The notes beneath the pieces are model-generated. The model ran no database searches and was not told the origin of the DNA. It saw nothing but the letters and a program-made list of their open reading frames with translations. A DNA stretch of 64,000 nucleotides from contig JAJPHL010000033.1 in NCBI GenBank assembly GCA_021325275.1, forward strand, positions 63,291 through 127,290. The letters are read 5' to 3'. A program made the position numbers and the translations under genes. Positions 63,366 to 64,000 of this stretch are shown here, piece by piece (the stretch's first letter is position 1; each line of letters begins with the position of its first letter). This stretch comes from Terriglobia bacterium. Lineage in GTDB: Bacteria; Acidobacteriota; Terriglobia; JAJPHL01.

Positions 63366-64000
63366 CTAGCGGTTTTCCTGGCGGAATTGCCACACCGACG
63401 AGCGGATCGCGCGACCCACTGCCAGAATCTTGCCGTCGCTCGTCCATGACGGATAAATCACATCGCCTGGGAATTGCACGAGCACGATCTGCGCGTTTCC
63501 CTTCGCGGGATCGATGATCGCGACGTGATAAAAGAAAAGACCCGCCGTGCTGACGGCGGCCAGGATGCGCCCGTCTTTTCCGATCGAGCCCGGCAGCAGT
63601 GGGTGGTGACTCAGCGCGCCGCCCTGCGGAAAATGCAGCGGAATCGATTGCGGCTCGCCGCCGTTGATTCCCACCCACACCAAGCGCGGCTCGGCTTCGT
63701 TGAGCTTTACCAAAAGTTTCGACCCGTCCGGATGCACCGTGACCGAATCTCCGGCGGTCAAGCGAACCGGTTGTCCGCCGCCGGCGGGAACGCTCCAAAT
63801 GGATCCGCCGGCCGAATAGTAAAGCGTGCGGCCATCCGCGGACGCCGTGAGGCATTCGATACCCGGCCGCGAAGAAAACTTTCCGGCGGTCGCCGTCTCC
63901 GATAGTCGCCGCACCACGCGACCGTCCGTGAGCGAAGCAATCGCGATCACCTGTTGCGCGCCGCTGCCGATCAAGAACGCGAGCTGCGAGGGCGTGCCCG
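63366..64000 (-). CDS. TolB-like / WD40-like beta-propeller repeat protein (C-terminal part; the gene continues past the window end)
   Basis: Repeated ...DG..L.....GG...IW.V...GG.P.RLT... propeller blades (DGRTLYYSAGGSIWSVPAGGGQPVRLT; DGSKLLV; DGRILAAV; DGKILAV). Stop at 63366, and the ORF is open to the window edge. Confidence 0.6.
   Translation of the reverse strand, partial: GTPSQLAFLIGSGAQQVIAIASLTDGRVVRRLSETATAGKFSSRPGIECLTASADGRTLYYSAGGSIWSVPAGGGQPVRLTAGDSVTVHPDGSKLLVKLNEAEPRLVWVGINGGEPQSIPLHFPQGGALSHHPLLPGSIGKDGRILAAVSTAGLFFYHVAIIDPAKGNAQIVLVQFPGDVIYPSWTSDGKILAVGRAIRSSVWQFRQENR

Overview
High-GC (~63%) chromosomal segment that looks acidobacterial, probably Solibacter/Bryobacter-like. 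The evidence is three PadR-regulator plus ADOP/FtsX 'duplicated orphan permease' modules and a giant BNR/SBBP repeat protein with a Solibacter-type C-terminal domain. Gene density is high; I call about 65 CDS. Recognisable content in window order: a CadC-like winged-helix/TPR regulator; a SAM methyltransferase preceded by a Zn-ribbon protein; an ABC-2 permease; an MDR dehydrogenase; PadR–ADOP module 1; an ACE-like M2 peptidase overlapping an SDR; a low-GC patch with an aminotransferase relic and a hypothetical gene directly downstream of an orphan mglA (Ras-like gliding GTPase, no adjacent mglB); a two-gene operon encoding a His-rich exported protein and a polytopic membrane protein; a CAZyme cluster (CE15 glucuronoyl-esterase-like, GH2, CE8 pectin methylesterase, GH28 polygalacturonase) interrupted by a lone ORF6N gene; DoxX/MarR; a GT-C-like membrane glycosyltransferase; PadR–ADOP module 2; two vapBC toxin–antitoxin pairs around grpB and an FKBP–DinB fusion; murB; otsA–otsB flanked by two CheY-like receivers and a CHASE3/PAS hybrid histidine kinase; a sugar-modifying operon (DUF1080, class II aldolase/epimerase, galM); PadR–ADOP module 3; and a Tat-exported Gfo/Idh/MocA oxidoreductase followed by ApbE. 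Non-coding structure is unusually rich: a family of nested palindromic REP/MITE-like repeats at three loci, several other long inverted repeats, a GGCAAAAG microrepeat lying over two signal-peptide coding regions, palindromic operators over PadR promoters, and one promoter-plus-terminator unit that could be a small RNA. No rRNA, tRNA or CRISPR array was found. Functions were assigned by reading the translations for family motifs; no database search was run. Internal start sites are set by codon offsets from the supplied ORF boundaries, so they may be off by a few nucleotides.
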